A stretch of DNA of 64,000 nucleotides, from NCBI GenBank assembly GCA_963664305.2, contig CAXXLV010000002.1, positions 96,001 to 160,000 of the forward strand. The letters run 5' to 3'. The translations under genes were made by a program, and so were the position numbers. Shown here in pieces: positions 32,214 through 44,116 of this stretch (position 1 is the stretch's first letter; each line of letters begins with the position of its first letter). The notes beneath the pieces were generated by a model that saw only the letters and a list, made by a program, of their open reading frames with translations, was not told where the DNA came from and did not search any database. Source of the stretch: an uncultured Aliarcobacter sp. Its GTDB lineage: Bacteria > Campylobacterota > Campylobacteria > Campylobacterales > Arcobacteraceae.

Positions 32214-33071
32214 ATGGCATTAGGAAGAGGATTAGGAGAATTATTAGGAGAAGTTGAATCAGCATATGAAAATTCAACTGGAAACAATAAATCAGGTGTA
32301 AGAAAACTAGATGTTTCATTAATTAAAGCTAATCCAAATCAACCAAGAAAAATATTTGATGAAGAAAAATTACAAGAATTAAGTGAATCTATAAAAGAAC
32401 ATGGATTATTGCAACCAATAGTAGTAGTAGAAAATGATGATAATAGTTACACTCTAATTGCAGGGGAGCGAAGATTAAGAGCTCATAAACTTGCAAAAAT
32501 TGAACAAATAAAAGCAATTATTGTTGATGCAGATGAATTAAAATTAAGAGAATTAGCATTAATTGAAAATATTCAAAGAGATGATTTAAATATTATTGAA
32601 TTAGCATACTGTTACGCACAGTTACTAAATGAACATAACATTACTCATGAAGAACTATCAAAAAAAGTGTTTAAAAGTAGAACTTCTATCACAAATACAT
32701 TAAGACTGTTACAATTAAACTCATATGTACAACAATTTTTAGCAACGGACAAAATTAGTGCAGGGCATGCAAAAGTTATGTTAGGTCTTAGTTCAGATGA
32801 ACAAAAAATGGTTGCAGATTCTATCGTTGGACAAAAACTTTCAGTTAGAGAAACAGAAAAATTAGTTAAAGAATTAAAAGAAAGAAATACAGATAAACCA
32901 AAGAAAGAGAAAGCTATTTACGACTATAACGTAGCTCCTTTAAAAAATCTAATGACTAAATTACAAGAAAATAATTTGAAAGTAAAAGTAGAAAAAAACT
33001 ATTTTAAAATTGAATTTAACTCACAAGAAGAAATTGACAAAATATCTAGTTACTTTAATATACAATTGTAA
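32214..33071 (+). CDS. parB: Chromosome partitioning protein ParB/Spo0J
   Basis: ALGRGL, NPNQPRK, IAGERRLRA, ENIQRDDL. Confidence 0.96.
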   Translation: MALGRGLGELLGEVESAYENSTGNNKSGVRKLDVSLIKANPNQPRKIFDEEKLQELSESIKEHGLLQPIVVVENDDNSYTLIAGERRLRAHKLAKIEQIKAIIVDADELKLRELALIENIQRDDLNIIELAYCYAQLLNEHNITHEELSKKVFKSRTSITNTLRLLQLNSYVQQFLATDKISAGHAKVMLGLSSDEQKMVADSIVGQKLSVRETEKLVKELKERNTDKPKKEKAIYDYNVAPLKNLMTKLQENNLKVKVEKNYFKIEFNSQEEIDKISSYFNIQL

Positions 33072-33184
33072 CAAAATCCGAAAATTTATAATCTAATTTT
33101 TTCATTTAATATATTTTTATACTTAGTTTTGCTAAAATATTTGAGTTTTAGTTAAACTAAACTGTAAAAAATATGGAGGAATGA

Positions 33185-33607
33185 ATGTTAGACATAAGTC
33201 CTGTATTATTGCTTAGCTCTGGTATCATCTTTCTTTTAGTTGTTGCTAGACTAAACAGTTGTCTTTTCAAGCCATTATTAAAGCACATGGATGATAGAAC
33301 AGCTTCTATAAAAAAAGATTTAGAAGATGCAAAATCAAACGGTGCTGATGTTGATGGTTTGTTAGCGGAAGCAAATGAAATCATTTCTAAAGCTAAAAAA
33401 GAAGCAGCTGCAATTAGAGAACAAGCTTATAAGGAAGCAAAGGATAGTGCTGATGCAAAACTTGCAAGTGCTAAATCTAATTTAGAAGCAAAATCTGTAG
33501 AATTTGCTAAAAACTTACAAGACGAGACTAAAGCTCTAAGAGATTCTTTAGTATCTTCTATGCCTCAATTTAATGAGAGCCTAAAAGCTAAGCTTAGCTC
33601 TATTTAA
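33185..33607 (+). CDS. atpF': F0F1 ATP synthase subunit b'
   Basis: N-terminal TM, FKPLLKHMDDR, coiled coil; first gene of the atp cluster. Confidence 0.9.
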   Translation: MLDISPVLLLSSGIIFLLVVARLNSCLFKPLLKHMDDRTASIKKDLEDAKSNGADVDGLLAEANEIISKAKKEAAAIREQAYKEAKDSADAKLASAKSNLEAKSVEFAKNLQDETKALRDSLVSSMPQFNESLKAKLSSI

Positions 33608-33622
33608 TAAAGGGATTAGAAT

Positions 33623-34135
33623 ATGAAAAGATTATTATTACTTGGGTTAGCTTTAGCTCCTGTTGCATTATTTGCAAGCGAAGGTGCGGTAGAAACTGAT
33701 ATAGTACAAAGAACCGTTAACTTTATTATATTTGCTGGAATTTTATGGTATTTACTTGCTGATAAAATTAAAGCATTTTTTGCCAATAGAACTTTATCTA
33801 TTCAAGCAGAACTTGACAAAGTTCAAGAGACTTTAAAAGCTTCTCAAGATAAAGTTTCAGATGCACAAAAAAAACTTGAAGAAGCAAAAAAAATTGCTAC
33901 TGAAATTATTGAAGGTGCAAAAGCTGATATTGATTCAGTTAAACAAAAAGTTGCAACTGCTGTTGATGCAGATATCGCTAATCTAAATAAAAATTTAGAT
34001 GAAATGATGAAAGTAGAAACATCAAAAGCTAAAAGAAAAGTTGTTACTGAGGTTCTTGAAGAGCTATTAAGTTCTGAAAATATTCAATTAACTCAAAGCG
34101 AGTTAGCAAATATTGTTCTTAAAAAGGTAGCATAA
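33623..34135 (+). CDS. atpF: F0F1 ATP synthase subunit b
   Basis: RTVNFIIFAGILWYL, coiled coil. Confidence 0.92.
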   Translation: MKRLLLLGLALAPVALFASEGAVETDIVQRTVNFIIFAGILWYLLADKIKAFFANRTLSIQAELDKVQETLKASQDKVSDAQKKLEEAKKIATEIIEGAKADIDSVKQKVATAVDADIANLNKNLDEMMKVETSKAKRKVVTEVLEELLSSENIQLTQSELANIVLKKVA

Positions 34136-34665
34136 TGAAAGATTTAGTAGCAAAAAGATATGTAAAAGCTTTAATTGATGGTAGAGATAGTTCATCTATT
34201 AATACTATTAGTGAGAAGTTAAATGAAATTTCAACAGCATTTGCTGATGAAAAATTTAATTCTATTATTTCTTCACCAGAAATTTCATCGACTGAAAAAG
34301 TTAATTTAGTAACTTCATTTGTTGACGGTATAGATTATGCTTTAAGCAATTTTATTAAATTATTAGGTGAAAAAAGAAGATTAACTTTATTACCAAACAT
34401 TGCAGCTGAGTTAAGTGCTCAAATTGCAAAAAATAATAATAGTTATGTTGGTGTTGTTTATACTAATCAAGAATTATCAAGCGATTATGTATCTTCAATA
34501 GAAGAACAATTTAGTAGAAAATTTGATGTTAAATTATCATTATCACAAAATGTTTGTGACTATGATGGTATTAAAGTAGATATTGACGGACTTGGGGTTG
34601 AAATATCTTTTTCTAAAGATAGATTAAAATCACAGTTAATTGATCATATTTTAAAAGCAGTTTAG
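34135..34665 (+). CDS. atpH: F0F1 ATP synthase subunit delta
   Basis: VAKRYVKAL, NFIKLLGEKRRL; position before atpA. Confidence 0.93.
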   Translation: MKDLVAKRYVKALIDGRDSSSINTISEKLNEISTAFADEKFNSIISSPEISSTEKVNLVTSFVDGIDYALSNFIKLLGEKRRLTLLPNIAAELSAQIAKNNNSYVGVVYTNQELSSDYVSSIEEQFSRKFDVKLSLSQNVCDYDGIKVDIDGLGVEISFSKDRLKSQLIDHILKAV

Positions 34666-34686
34666 AACTTATAAAGGAGAAATTGA

Positions 34687-36204
34687 ATGGGTGCAAAAAT
34701 TCAAGCTGATGAAATCAGTTCTATAATAAAAGAAAGAATTGATAACTTTGAATTAAGTGTAGATGTAAATGAGACAGGGAAAATAATCTCTTATGCAGAT
34801 GGTATTGCTCAAGTTTACGGATTAAAAAATGTAATGGCTGGTGAGCTTGTAGAGTTTGAAAACGGTGAGAGAGGTCTTGCTTCAAACTTAGAAGAGTCTT
34901 CAGTTGGTATCGTTATCCTTGGAAAAGGTGAAGGTCTTAGAGAAGGAACATCTTGTAAAAGACTTGGAAAATTATTAGAAACACCAGTTGGTGAAGCTAT
35001 GGTTGGAAGAGTTGTTAATGCATTAGGTGAGCCAATTGATGGTAAAGGTCCTATTGCAGCAGCTGAGCATAGATTTGTTGAAGAAAAAGCTCCTGGAATT
35101 ATGGCTAGAAAATCTGTTCATGAGCCATTAACAACTGGTATTAAAGCTATTGATGCATTAGTTCCAATTGGAAGAGGACAAAGAGAGCTTATCATTGGTG
35201 ATAGACAAACTGGTAAAACTACAGTTGCAATCGATACAATTTTAAATCAAAAAGGTGAAAACGTTGTTTGTATTTATGTTGCTATCGGACAAAAAGCATC
35301 TTCAGTTGCAGCAGTTGTAAGAACATTAGAAGAGTCTGGTGCTATGGATTATACAATTGTTGTTAATGCTGGTGCTGCTGATTCATCTGCATTACAATTC
35401 TTAGCTCCATATACAGGTGTTACAATTGGTGAATATTTCAGAGATAATGGTAAACATGCATTAATCGTTTATGATGATTTATCAAAACATGCAGTTGCAT
35501 ATAGAGAAATGTCATTAATCTTAAGAAGACCTCCAGGAAGAGAAGCTTACCCAGGGGATGTATTCTATCTACACTCAAGATTATTAGAAAGAGCTGCAAA
35601 AATGTCAGATGAAAAAGGTGCTGGTTCTATGACTGCGTTACCAATCATCGAAACACAAGCTGGAGACGTTGCTGCATATATTCCAACAAACGTAATTTCT
35701 ATTACTGATGGACAAATTTTCTTAGAAACAAACTTATTTAACTCAGGTATTAGACCTGCAATTAATGTTGGTTTATCTGTTTCTAGGGTTGGAGGAGCTG
35801 CTCAAATTAAAGCTACTAAACAAGTTGCAGGTACTTTAAAATTATCTTTAGCACAATATAGAGAGCTTGAAGCGTTTGCTCAATTTGCATCAGATTTAGA
35901 TGAAGCTACAAGAAGAGAATTAGAACTTGGACAAAGAATGGTTGAAGTTTTAAAACAAGGTGTTAATAAACCACTTGTTATTGAAAAACAAATCGTTATT
36001 ATTTATGCAGGTACTAAAGGTTATTTAAATGATATCGCAGTTAAAGATGTTGTAAGATTTGAAAATGAATTACATGCATTCTTTGAGCAAAAATATTCAA
36101 ATATTTTAGAATCAATCAAAACTAAACAAAAATTAGATGATGATAATGAAGCTGAATTAAAAGCTGCATTAGAAGAGTTCAAAACTGTATTTAATGCAAA
36201 ATAA
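34687..36204 (+). CDS. atpA: F0F1 ATP synthase subunit alpha
   Basis: [32 protein letters not shown]. Confidence 0.99.
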   Translation: MGAKIQADEISSIIKERIDNFELSVDVNETGKIISYADGIAQVYGLKNVMAGELVEFENGERGLASNLEESSVGIVILGKGEGLREGTSCKRLGKLLETPVGEAMVGRVVNALGEPIDGKGPIAAAEHRFVEEKAPGIMARKSVHEPLTTGIKAIDALVPIGRGQRELIIGDRQTGKTTVAIDTILNQKGENVVCIYVAIGQKASSVAAVVRTLEESGAMDYTIVVNAGAADSSALQFLAPYTGVTIGEYFRDNGKHALIVYDDLSKHAVAYREMSLILRRPPGREAYPGDVFYLHSRLLERAAKMSDEKGAGSMTALPIIETQAGDVAAYIPTNVISITDGQIFLETNLFNSGIRPAINVGLSVSRVGGAAQIKATKQVAGTLKLSLAQYRELEAFAQFASDLDEATRRELELGQRMVEVLKQGVNKPLVIEKQIVIIYAGTKGYLNDIAVKDVVRFENELHAFFEQKYSNILESIKTKQKLDDDNEAELKAALEEFKTVFNAK

Positions 36205-36214
36205 GGATTAGCAA

Positions 36215-37099
36215 ATGGCTAATTTAAAAGAGATAAAATTAAAAATCGGTAGTGTTAAAAATACTCAGAAGACAACAAAAGCTATGAAGCTAGTTTCTTC
36301 TGCTAAACTTACTAGAACAAGACAATTGTCTGAGCAAGCTAGAAGTTATGCAGCGAAAATTAATGATGTTCTTTCTGATATTGCTGCTAGAGTGAGTACA
36401 GCTCATGAAGGTGGAAACATTAGTAGAGCTTTTGTTAGCAATGATAATCCAAAAACAGTTGATATTGTTTTTGTAACAGCTGATAAAGGTCTTTGCGGTG
36501 GATTTAATATGTCAACAATTAAAACTGTAAGTAGATTAATTGCTGAATATAAATCTAAAGGAATTAATGTAAGATTAAGAGCAGCTGGTAAAAAAGGTGT
36601 TGAATATTTTACATTCCAAAAGTTTAGTTTAGAACAAAAAGTAAGTGATTTAAGTTCTGCTCCTGATTATGACAGAGCTGCAGATTTTATAAATGCTGTT
36701 GTAGAAGATTTCAGAAATGAAGTTACTGATAAAGTAGTTTTAGTTTACAATGGTTTTTTAAATATGCTATCTCAAGAAATTAGAGTTAGAGAATTATTAC
36801 CAATTGGTTTAGATAATATTGAAGCTAAGAAAACTGAGTCAATGTTAGAAATTGAACCAGATGATGATGAAGAAGTATTAAACGAATTAACTGATAAATA
36901 TATTGATTTCAATATGTATTATGCATTAATTGACTCTTTAGCTGCTGAGCATTCTGCAAGAATGCAAGCAATGGAAGCTGCAACTAAAAATGCAAAAGAA
37001 AAAGTTAATAGTTTAACTGTTGAATATAATAAAGCTAGACAAGCTGCAATTACAACTGAGCTGATAGAAATTATCAGTGGTGTTGAAGCATTAAAATAA
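36215..37099 (+). CDS. atpG: F0F1 ATP synthase subunit gamma
   Basis: DKGLCGGFN, EHSARMQAM, NKARQAAITTELIEI. Confidence 0.99.
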   Translation: MANLKEIKLKIGSVKNTQKTTKAMKLVSSAKLTRTRQLSEQARSYAAKINDVLSDIAARVSTAHEGGNISRAFVSNDNPKTVDIVFVTADKGLCGGFNMSTIKTVSRLIAEYKSKGINVRLRAAGKKGVEYFTFQKFSLEQKVSDLSSAPDYDRAADFINAVVEDFRNEVTDKVVLVYNGFLNMLSQEIRVRELLPIGLDNIEAKKTESMLEIEPDDDEEVLNELTDKYIDFNMYYALIDSLAAEHSARMQAMEAATKNAKEKVNSLTVEYNKARQAAITTELIEIISGVEALK

Positions 37100-38512
<1,413 letters not shown>

Positions 38513-38534
38513 CAAAAAACCATTAAGGCATAAC

Positions 38535-38912
38535 ATGGATACAATTAGATTATCAATCGTTACACCTAATGGAGAAATATTTAATGATGATGTGAAAACT
38601 GTAACTCTTCCTGGAAAAGAGGGAGAGTTCGGTGTTCTACCAGGACATTCTTCATTAGTTTCTTCATTAACTGTTGGTGTAATTGTTATTGAAAAAGCAA
38701 ACTCTACTGAAGCTGTTGCTATTAACTGGGGACATGTTAAAGTAGATGAAAAATCAGTTGATGTATTAGCAGATGGAGCTATTGCATTAACAGCTGGAAA
38801 AGATTCTGAAATTGCTAAAAATATTGAAGCAGCAAAAGTATTAGTTAACTCTGTAAAAGATTCTAATATTTCTCTTGCATCAGTTGAAGCAAAAATCAAC
38901 TCATTTGCATAA
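38535..38912 (+). CDS. atpC: F0F1 ATP synthase subunit epsilon
   Basis: IVTPNG, PGKEGEFGVLPGH. Confidence 0.97.
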   Translation: MDTIRLSIVTPNGEIFNDDVKTVTLPGKEGEFGVLPGHSSLVSSLTVGVIVIEKANSTEAVAINWGHVKVDEKSVDVLADGAIALTAGKDSEIAKNIEAAKVLVNSVKDSNISLASVEAKINSFA

Positions 38913-38918
38913 AAGCTC

Positions 38919-39479
38919 ATGATTACTACATTACTAAATTATTTGGCAAATAGTAGTGCTATAACTTATATAGTTTTAGCACTATTGTCAACATATATTG
39001 TTATCACTTTCTGGGTTTTCTTTTATAGAAGAAGTATATTAAACGCACTTATCAGTAATGAACAAAAATCCTTAGAAGCATTGACTTCTAGAGAAACAAG
39101 ATTTTCTCCATTATCTGCATTAAATAAATGCTCTAATAACATAACTTCAAAAGAATTATTACATGCATGTGAAATTAATATTATGAAAGATGCAAGTTCA
39201 GGTTTATCATGGTTAGCAATTATTTCTTCTACATCACCATTTATCGGTCTTTTTGGTACGGTAGTTGGTATTCTAGAATCATTTGCTAAATTTGCAAATC
39301 AATCAAAAGTAGCGTTTTCAATTATTGCACCAGCTATTAGTGAAGCGTTAGTTGCTACAGCAGCAGGTATATTAGTGGCAATTTTTGCCTATACTTTCCA
39401 TCAAATTCTCACAAGAAAAGTTTATGAATTAAATGTTTTTCTTAAGGCACAATCACAAATTTTAATTGCTAAAGGGTAA
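38919..39479 (+). CDS. tolQ: TolQ/ExbB proton-channel protein of the Tol-Pal system
   Basis: SPFIGLFGTVVGI, ISEALVATAAG; upstream of tolR-tolA-tolB. Confidence 0.85.
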   Translation: MITTLLNYLANSSAITYIVLALLSTYIVITFWVFFYRRSILNALISNEQKSLEALTSRETRFSPLSALNKCSNNITSKELLHACEINIMKDASSGLSWLAIISSTSPFIGLFGTVVGILESFAKFANQSKVAFSIIAPAISEALVATAAGILVAIFAYTFHQILTRKVYELNVFLKAQSQILIAKG

Positions 39480-39483
39480 TAGA

Positions 39484-39873
39484 GTGTATGATCTTAATCA
39501 AAAACCAGATTTAAATATTACTCCTTTAGTAGATATTATGCTAGTTTTACTAGCAATACTTATGGTAACAGCACCTGTTATCGAATTTGAAGAACCGATT
39601 ACTCTTCCAACAGGAAGCAGATCTCAACAAACACAAGATGTTCAAAAAATTGATATTATTATTACAAAAGATAGAATCGTTACACTAAATAAAAATAAAA
39701 TAGAAATAGGAAATTTTGCAGATAGCTTTTTGCAATTTTCAAATGGAAAAGATCAAAATACACCCGTTTATATTCGTGCAGATAAAAGTTTAAAATATGA
39801 TGATATTATTTTTGTTTTAAAATCAGTTAAAGAGGCTGGTTTTTTCAAAGTGGCATTAGTTACAGACGGATAA
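39484..39873 (+). CDS. tolR: TolR/ExbD protein
   Basis: LNITPLVDIMLVLLAILMVTAP, IRADK. Probable start GTG 39484 (AAGGG SD). Confidence 0.87.
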   Translation: MYDLNQKPDLNITPLVDIMLVLLAILMVTAPVIEFEEPITLPTGSRSQQTQDVQKIDIIITKDRIVTLNKNKIEIGNFADSFLQFSNGKDQNTPVYIRADKSLKYDDIIFVLKSVKEAGFFKVALVTDG

Positions 39874-39876
39874 TGA

Positions 39877-40602
39877 ATGCAAAATAATTTTTCATTTATA
39901 GTTTCAGGTATAATCGCATTTTCTTTATATATTTGTTTATGTTTCTCTGTACTTTTTTATATTATGAGTCCAGAACAAAATATGATTAATATTACTCCTA
40001 CTTCAACTTCAATTGAACTTGATATGATAGTAGAAAAAGCAGAGAAAAAAATGGTTGAAAGAAAGGTTGAAAAAATTATTGAAGAAAAAGAAGTTGTTGA
40101 AAAACAAACTTCTGCTCAACAAGAAAAGAAACCAGATTTAAAATCATTATTTGCAAATGTTAAAGAAACAGCCAAAACTGTTACAAAAGAAGAAGTTAAT
40201 AATGTTCAAAAATCAATTGATCCTAAAAGATTTAAATCTAAATTTGAAAAAGAAAAGAAATCTTCAAATATTAAGATTGATAGATTGTTAGAAGACGAAA
40301 AAACAGCTACAAATACAAAAAGTACAAATGCAGCAAAAGGTGTTGAAACAGATGAATATTTTGCACAAATTAGTGAGATGTTATCTGCTTGGGTACCAGT
40401 TGGATCTGGATTAAAAGCGGTTGTTTTAATTATGATTGATTTAGAAGGTAGATTTGATTATAGTTTTGTAAAAAAATCAGGTGACAGTACATTTGATACA
40501 TCACTAGAAGCTTTTTTAAGTGAGCAGAAAAATATTGCTTATCCTAAACCAACAAAGGGTAAAGCAGTTAGAATTAATGTTGATTTCAAATCAGAAGGAT
40601 AA
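39877..40602 (+). CDS. TolA/TonB-C-terminal-domain protein
   Basis: N-terminal TM, Lys/Glu-rich linker, C-terminal KSGDSTFD motif; between tolR and tolB. Confidence 0.8.
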   Translation: MQNNFSFIVSGIIAFSLYICLCFSVLFYIMSPEQNMINITPTSTSIELDMIVEKAEKKMVERKVEKIIEEKEVVEKQTSAQQEKKPDLKSLFANVKETAKTVTKEEVNNVQKSIDPKRFKSKFEKEKKSSNIKIDRLLEDEKTATNTKSTNAAKGVETDEYFAQISEMLSAWVPVGSGLKAVVLIMIDLEGRFDYSFVKKSGDSTFDTSLEAFLSEQKNIAYPKPTKGKAVRINVDFKSEG

Positions 40603-40606
40603 AATT

Positions 40607-41878
40607 ATGTTTAGAATATTTTTGTTAATATCAATGATATTAAGTTCAGTTTTTGCAGAAGTAGATGCAAATTTAGAAATTATTAAAAAAGCAAATTCTG
40701 TACCTAAAATATTGGTATCAGTTGCAAGTGATACAATGGAAGTTGAAACTCTTAATAAAATAAAAAAAGGTATAGCTGATGACTTAAATGTTAGTGGTCA
40801 CTTTGAAATCGCAACGATTAATAGTCAAACAGCTTATGATAGTATACCTGATATTTTAAGTTTATCAAATCAAGGTGTAGGATTATTTTTAAATATCTCT
40901 GCAAAAAAAGAAGCTACAGGTGATTTTACACTTATGACTAAACTTTATAATATTGGTGCAAGAGCTTTAATTTTAGAAAAAAATTTCACTACTTCACAAG
41001 AGGATAGATATATATTTTTAGCTCATAAAGCTGCTATTTCTATTAATGATTTCTTTAAAGCTCCAAGTATTTCATGGATGGATAAATTTGTTGTTTTTTC
41101 AACGTATAAAGGGGCTGGTAAAGCTGATATTATGATTGGAGATTATACTTTAACTTATAAGAAAACAGTTGTTACTGGTGGTTTAAATATTTTCCCAAAA
41201 TGGGCAGATAAAGAGCAAAAAACAATTTATTATACATCTTATAACTATAAAAAACCTACATTAGTTAAATTGAATATATATAACAGAAGTAAAGACATAA
41301 TTATGGATTCTGATGGAATGTTAGCTTGTTCAGACGTAAATGAAGATGGAACTAAACTTTTAGTTACTGCATCTCCAACAGGTCAACCTGATATTTTCTT
41401 ATATGACACAAGAACAAGACAAAAAAGTCAAATCACAAGATACAGTGGAATTGATGTTGGTGGACAATTTATAGAAAATGGTTCAAGAATTGTTTTTGTA
41501 TCTGATAGATTAGGAAATCCAAATATTTTTGCACAAGGAATTAATTCTACAGCTGTTGAAAGATTAGTATATCACAGTAACAATAATTCATCTGCAACAG
41601 CACATGAAAATAATATTGTATATAGTAGTAAAGATTCAGATAATGAATTAGGTGGAAAAAGTTTTAATCTATATTTAGTTTCTACTAAAACAGATAGTTT
41701 AAAAAGATTAACTTCAAGTGGTGTTAATCAATTCCCAAAATTCTCTACAGATGGTGAAACTTTATTATTTATAAAAACATATGCTGGAGAGAGTTCAGTT
41801 GGTATTATTAGATTAGATTACAATAAATCTTTCTTATTCCCATTAACAGGTGGAAGAATTCAATCTATTGATTGGTAA
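40607..41878 (+). CDS. tolB: Tol-Pal system beta-propeller protein TolB
   Basis: Signal peptide from ATG 40607 (MFRIFLL...VFA), PD40-like repeats (FVSDRLGNPNIF, PKFSTDG), C-terminal SIDW. Confidence 0.92.
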   Translation: MFRIFLLISMILSSVFAEVDANLEIIKKANSVPKILVSVASDTMEVETLNKIKKGIADDLNVSGHFEIATINSQTAYDSIPDILSLSNQGVGLFLNISAKKEATGDFTLMTKLYNIGARALILEKNFTTSQEDRYIFLAHKAAISINDFFKAPSISWMDKFVVFSTYKGAGKADIMIGDYTLTYKKTVVTGGLNIFPKWADKEQKTIYYTSYNYKKPTLVKLNIYNRSKDIIMDSDGMLACSDVNEDGTKLLVTASPTGQPDIFLYDTRTRQKSQITRYSGIDVGGQFIENGSRIVFVSDRLGNPNIFAQGINSTAVERLVYHSNNNSSATAHENNIVYSSKDSDNELGGKSFNLYLVSTKTDSLKRLTSSGVNQFPKFSTDGETLLFIKTYAGESSVGIIRLDYNKSFLFPLTGGRIQSIDW

Positions 41879-41885
41879 TTCTTAT

Positions 41886-41913
41886 TTAAAGTATGGTTTA
41901 AACCATACTTTAA
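41886..41913. repeat. Perfect 28-bp palindrome at the tolB / dpsL convergent junction (probable bidirectional terminator)
   Basis: TTAAAGTATGGTTTAAACCATACTTTAA equals its own reverse complement. Confidence 0.85.
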
Positions 41914-42425
41914 TTTAAATTCTTTTTTATATCTATAATAAATTCTGTAATATCATCATGAAGAGTTTGTAAATCTTCCTCATGTTCAACTTCATCAGCT
42001 AAAATCTGACTTACAATATCATAAGTAACTATATCTTTATTTCTTGTTATTTCAACAATAGTTGAATATGTGTTTATTGCACACTGTTCACCTTTTATTG
42101 CATCCGTTAATATAGCAACAACATCAAAATTAGTTGGAGCATCATAACCACAATTTGTACTTTTTATCCAATCATTTGGATGAAGTAGAGGAGTACCTCC
42201 TAATTGAAGAATTCTATCTGCTAACATATTTGCATGTCTAAGTTCATCAGTTGCATGTTGTGTTAATTCAACAATTGCAGCATCTTTCATAATACCTTTA
42301 ACAACTTTTGCTTCAATAAAGTACTGATAGTATGCTAACCACTCATCTGCATATGCATTATTTAGAAGTTTTATGATTTCATTTATTTCAATACCTTTAA
42401 TGATTGAATTACCAATTCTAGCCAT
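41910..42425 (-). CDS. DPS-like (DPSL, thioferritin-type) ferritin-superfamily protein
   Basis: AYADEWLAYYQY, DELRHA, NCGY, GEQCAI, DEVEHEEDL: di-iron ExxH motifs plus the Cys pair typical of DPSL. Confidence 0.82.
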   Translation of the reverse strand: MARIGNSIIKGIEINEIIKLLNNAYADEWLAYYQYFIEAKVVKGIMKDAAIVELTQHATDELRHANMLADRILQLGGTPLLHPNDWIKSTNCGYDAPTNFDVVAILTDAIKGEQCAINTYSTIVEITRNKDIVTYDIVSQILADEVEHEEDLQTLHDDITEFIIDIKKNLN

Positions 42426-42573
42426 TTTATCCTCCTATTTTTCATTTAATTTCTATATTACAAGAGAAATTCTTAATTTAAAGTTACAATAGATGCTAAG
42501 ATTACAAAAATATAAACAATTATTAAGGTTCAATTTAATATTATTTCAGGAAATTTTATTTCAAGGAAAAAAT

Positions 42574-43110
42574 ATGAAAAAGTTAGGTATTTACTCGGTT
42601 TTAGTTGCAGCATTATTATTCACTACTGGTTGTAGCGAAAAAAATGTTGATATGAATGTTGATAACGGTGCTACTGCAGATGTTGCTCCAGCTACTGATA
42701 CAAATTTAGCTGATGGAAGCTTCTCTGCTTTAGAAAAAGCTGGAAACGGTAACTGGTATATGATCAATGGTCAAAAAGTTTTAATTGAGCACGTTTACTT
42801 CGGATTTGATAAATACGATTTAACTGCTGAAAACAAAGAAAAAGCTACTTCAAATGCTTCAAAATTATCACCATTAACTGCTGATACAACTGTAAAAGTA
42901 TTTGGTAACACTGACGAATGGGGAACTGATGAGTATAACTACGCATTAGGATTAAAAAGAGCTAACGCTGTTAAAGATGTTTTAGTAGCTAACGGTGTTT
43001 CTGCTAATATCTCTTTAGTATCTTTAGGTGAAAGTAACCCAGTTTGTACTGAAAAAACTAAAGATTGTTGGGCAAAAAACAGAAGAGTTGAACACGAATT
43101 AAGTAAATAA
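42574..43110 (+). CDS. pal: Peptidoglycan-associated lipoprotein
   Basis: Lipobox TTGC, YFGFDKY, GNTDEWGTDEYNYALGLKRA, KNRRVE. Start reassigned to ATG 42574. Confidence 0.95.
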   Translation: MKKLGIYSVLVAALLFTTGCSEKNVDMNVDNGATADVAPATDTNLADGSFSALEKAGNGNWYMINGQKVLIEHVYFGFDKYDLTAENKEKATSNASKLSPLTADTTVKVFGNTDEWGTDEYNYALGLKRANAVKDVLVANGVSANISLVSLGESNPVCTEKTKDCWAKNRRVEHELSK

Positions 43111-43115
43111 TTCTG

Positions 43116-44090
43116 ATGAATAAGTATCTTCTACCTCTATTAGTAGTAACTTCATTAACCGTAGCCGAAGAGGTTTCGGTTTATGGAGCTGGTGGTTCTT
43201 CGGACACTCCTTATGGGCTTAGTTCGACAGAAAAGCATATTATGAAAAACCAGTCAAATATAAGTAATTTATCTTCAAAAATTGGAGATATAAATACTTT
43301 AGTTGAGTCTATTAATAGAAGGTTAGAAGGCTTAGAATCTACATATGAAGGTGATTCTGCAAAATTAAACACAACTTCAAGAAAAGTTGATGAATTGATG
43401 CAAAAAATCGGTGGATCTTCAGATTTAGCTTCTAACAATAACACATCTTCTACAAATCAATCATCAGATCCTCAATTAGCAGAAACTGTTAATAATCTGA
43501 AAACTGCTTTAACTAAATTAACAGCTTTAGTTAATAAAATAAATTCAGAATATGTTTCTTCAACTGAACTTGAAAAAAACATGCAACAGTTTATTACAAG
43601 AGAAGAATTTGAGGCCTTGAAAAAAGCTATGGGTGTTAAAACATCACAAGTAAATCCTACAAAAACTAACGAAAAAAAATCTGCTGATGTAGAAGATAGT
43701 GCTGAAATAAAAAAAACTTTAACAGCGGAAGATAAACCAAAACTTTTATCTGAAGCAAAAAAAGATTTCGATGCAAAGAAGTATGATAGCGCTATACCTA
43801 AATATGAAAAATTAGTTGAAGTTAATTATAAACCTGCTGAAAGTAATTATTATCTAGGTGAAATGTGGTATATAAGAAAAAAATATGATGTTGCAATAAG
43901 TCATTTTAAAAAGTCTGCAATTCTAAATGATAAAGCAGCTTATATGCCAACTTTATTATTGCATAGTGCTATTTCATTTGAAAATACAAAAGATAAAGAT
44001 AATGCAAAAAGTTTCTATTCTACTTTAATAGACCTTTATCCTGACTCAAGTGAAGCAAAAATAGCAAAAAAAAATTTAGCTAAGTTATAA
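43116..44090 (+). CDS. CpoB/YbgF-like periplasmic coiled-coil/TPR protein
   Basis: Signal peptide, coiled coil, C-terminal TPRs ending LIDLYPDSSEAKIAK; follows pal. Confidence 0.82.
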   Translation: MNKYLLPLLVVTSLTVAEEVSVYGAGGSSDTPYGLSSTEKHIMKNQSNISNLSSKIGDINTLVESINRRLEGLESTYEGDSAKLNTTSRKVDELMQKIGGSSDLASNNNTSSTNQSSDPQLAETVNNLKTALTKLTALVNKINSEYVSSTELEKNMQQFITREEFEALKKAMGVKTSQVNPTKTNEKKSADVEDSAEIKKTLTAEDKPKLLSEAKKDFDAKKYDSAIPKYEKLVEVNYKPAESNYYLGEMWYIRKKYDVAISHFKKSAILNDKAAYMPTLLLHSAISFENTKDKDNAKSFYSTLIDLYPDSSEAKIAKKNLAKL

Positions 44091-44116
44091 TATATAAATA
44101 AAATTAAGGAAAAATA

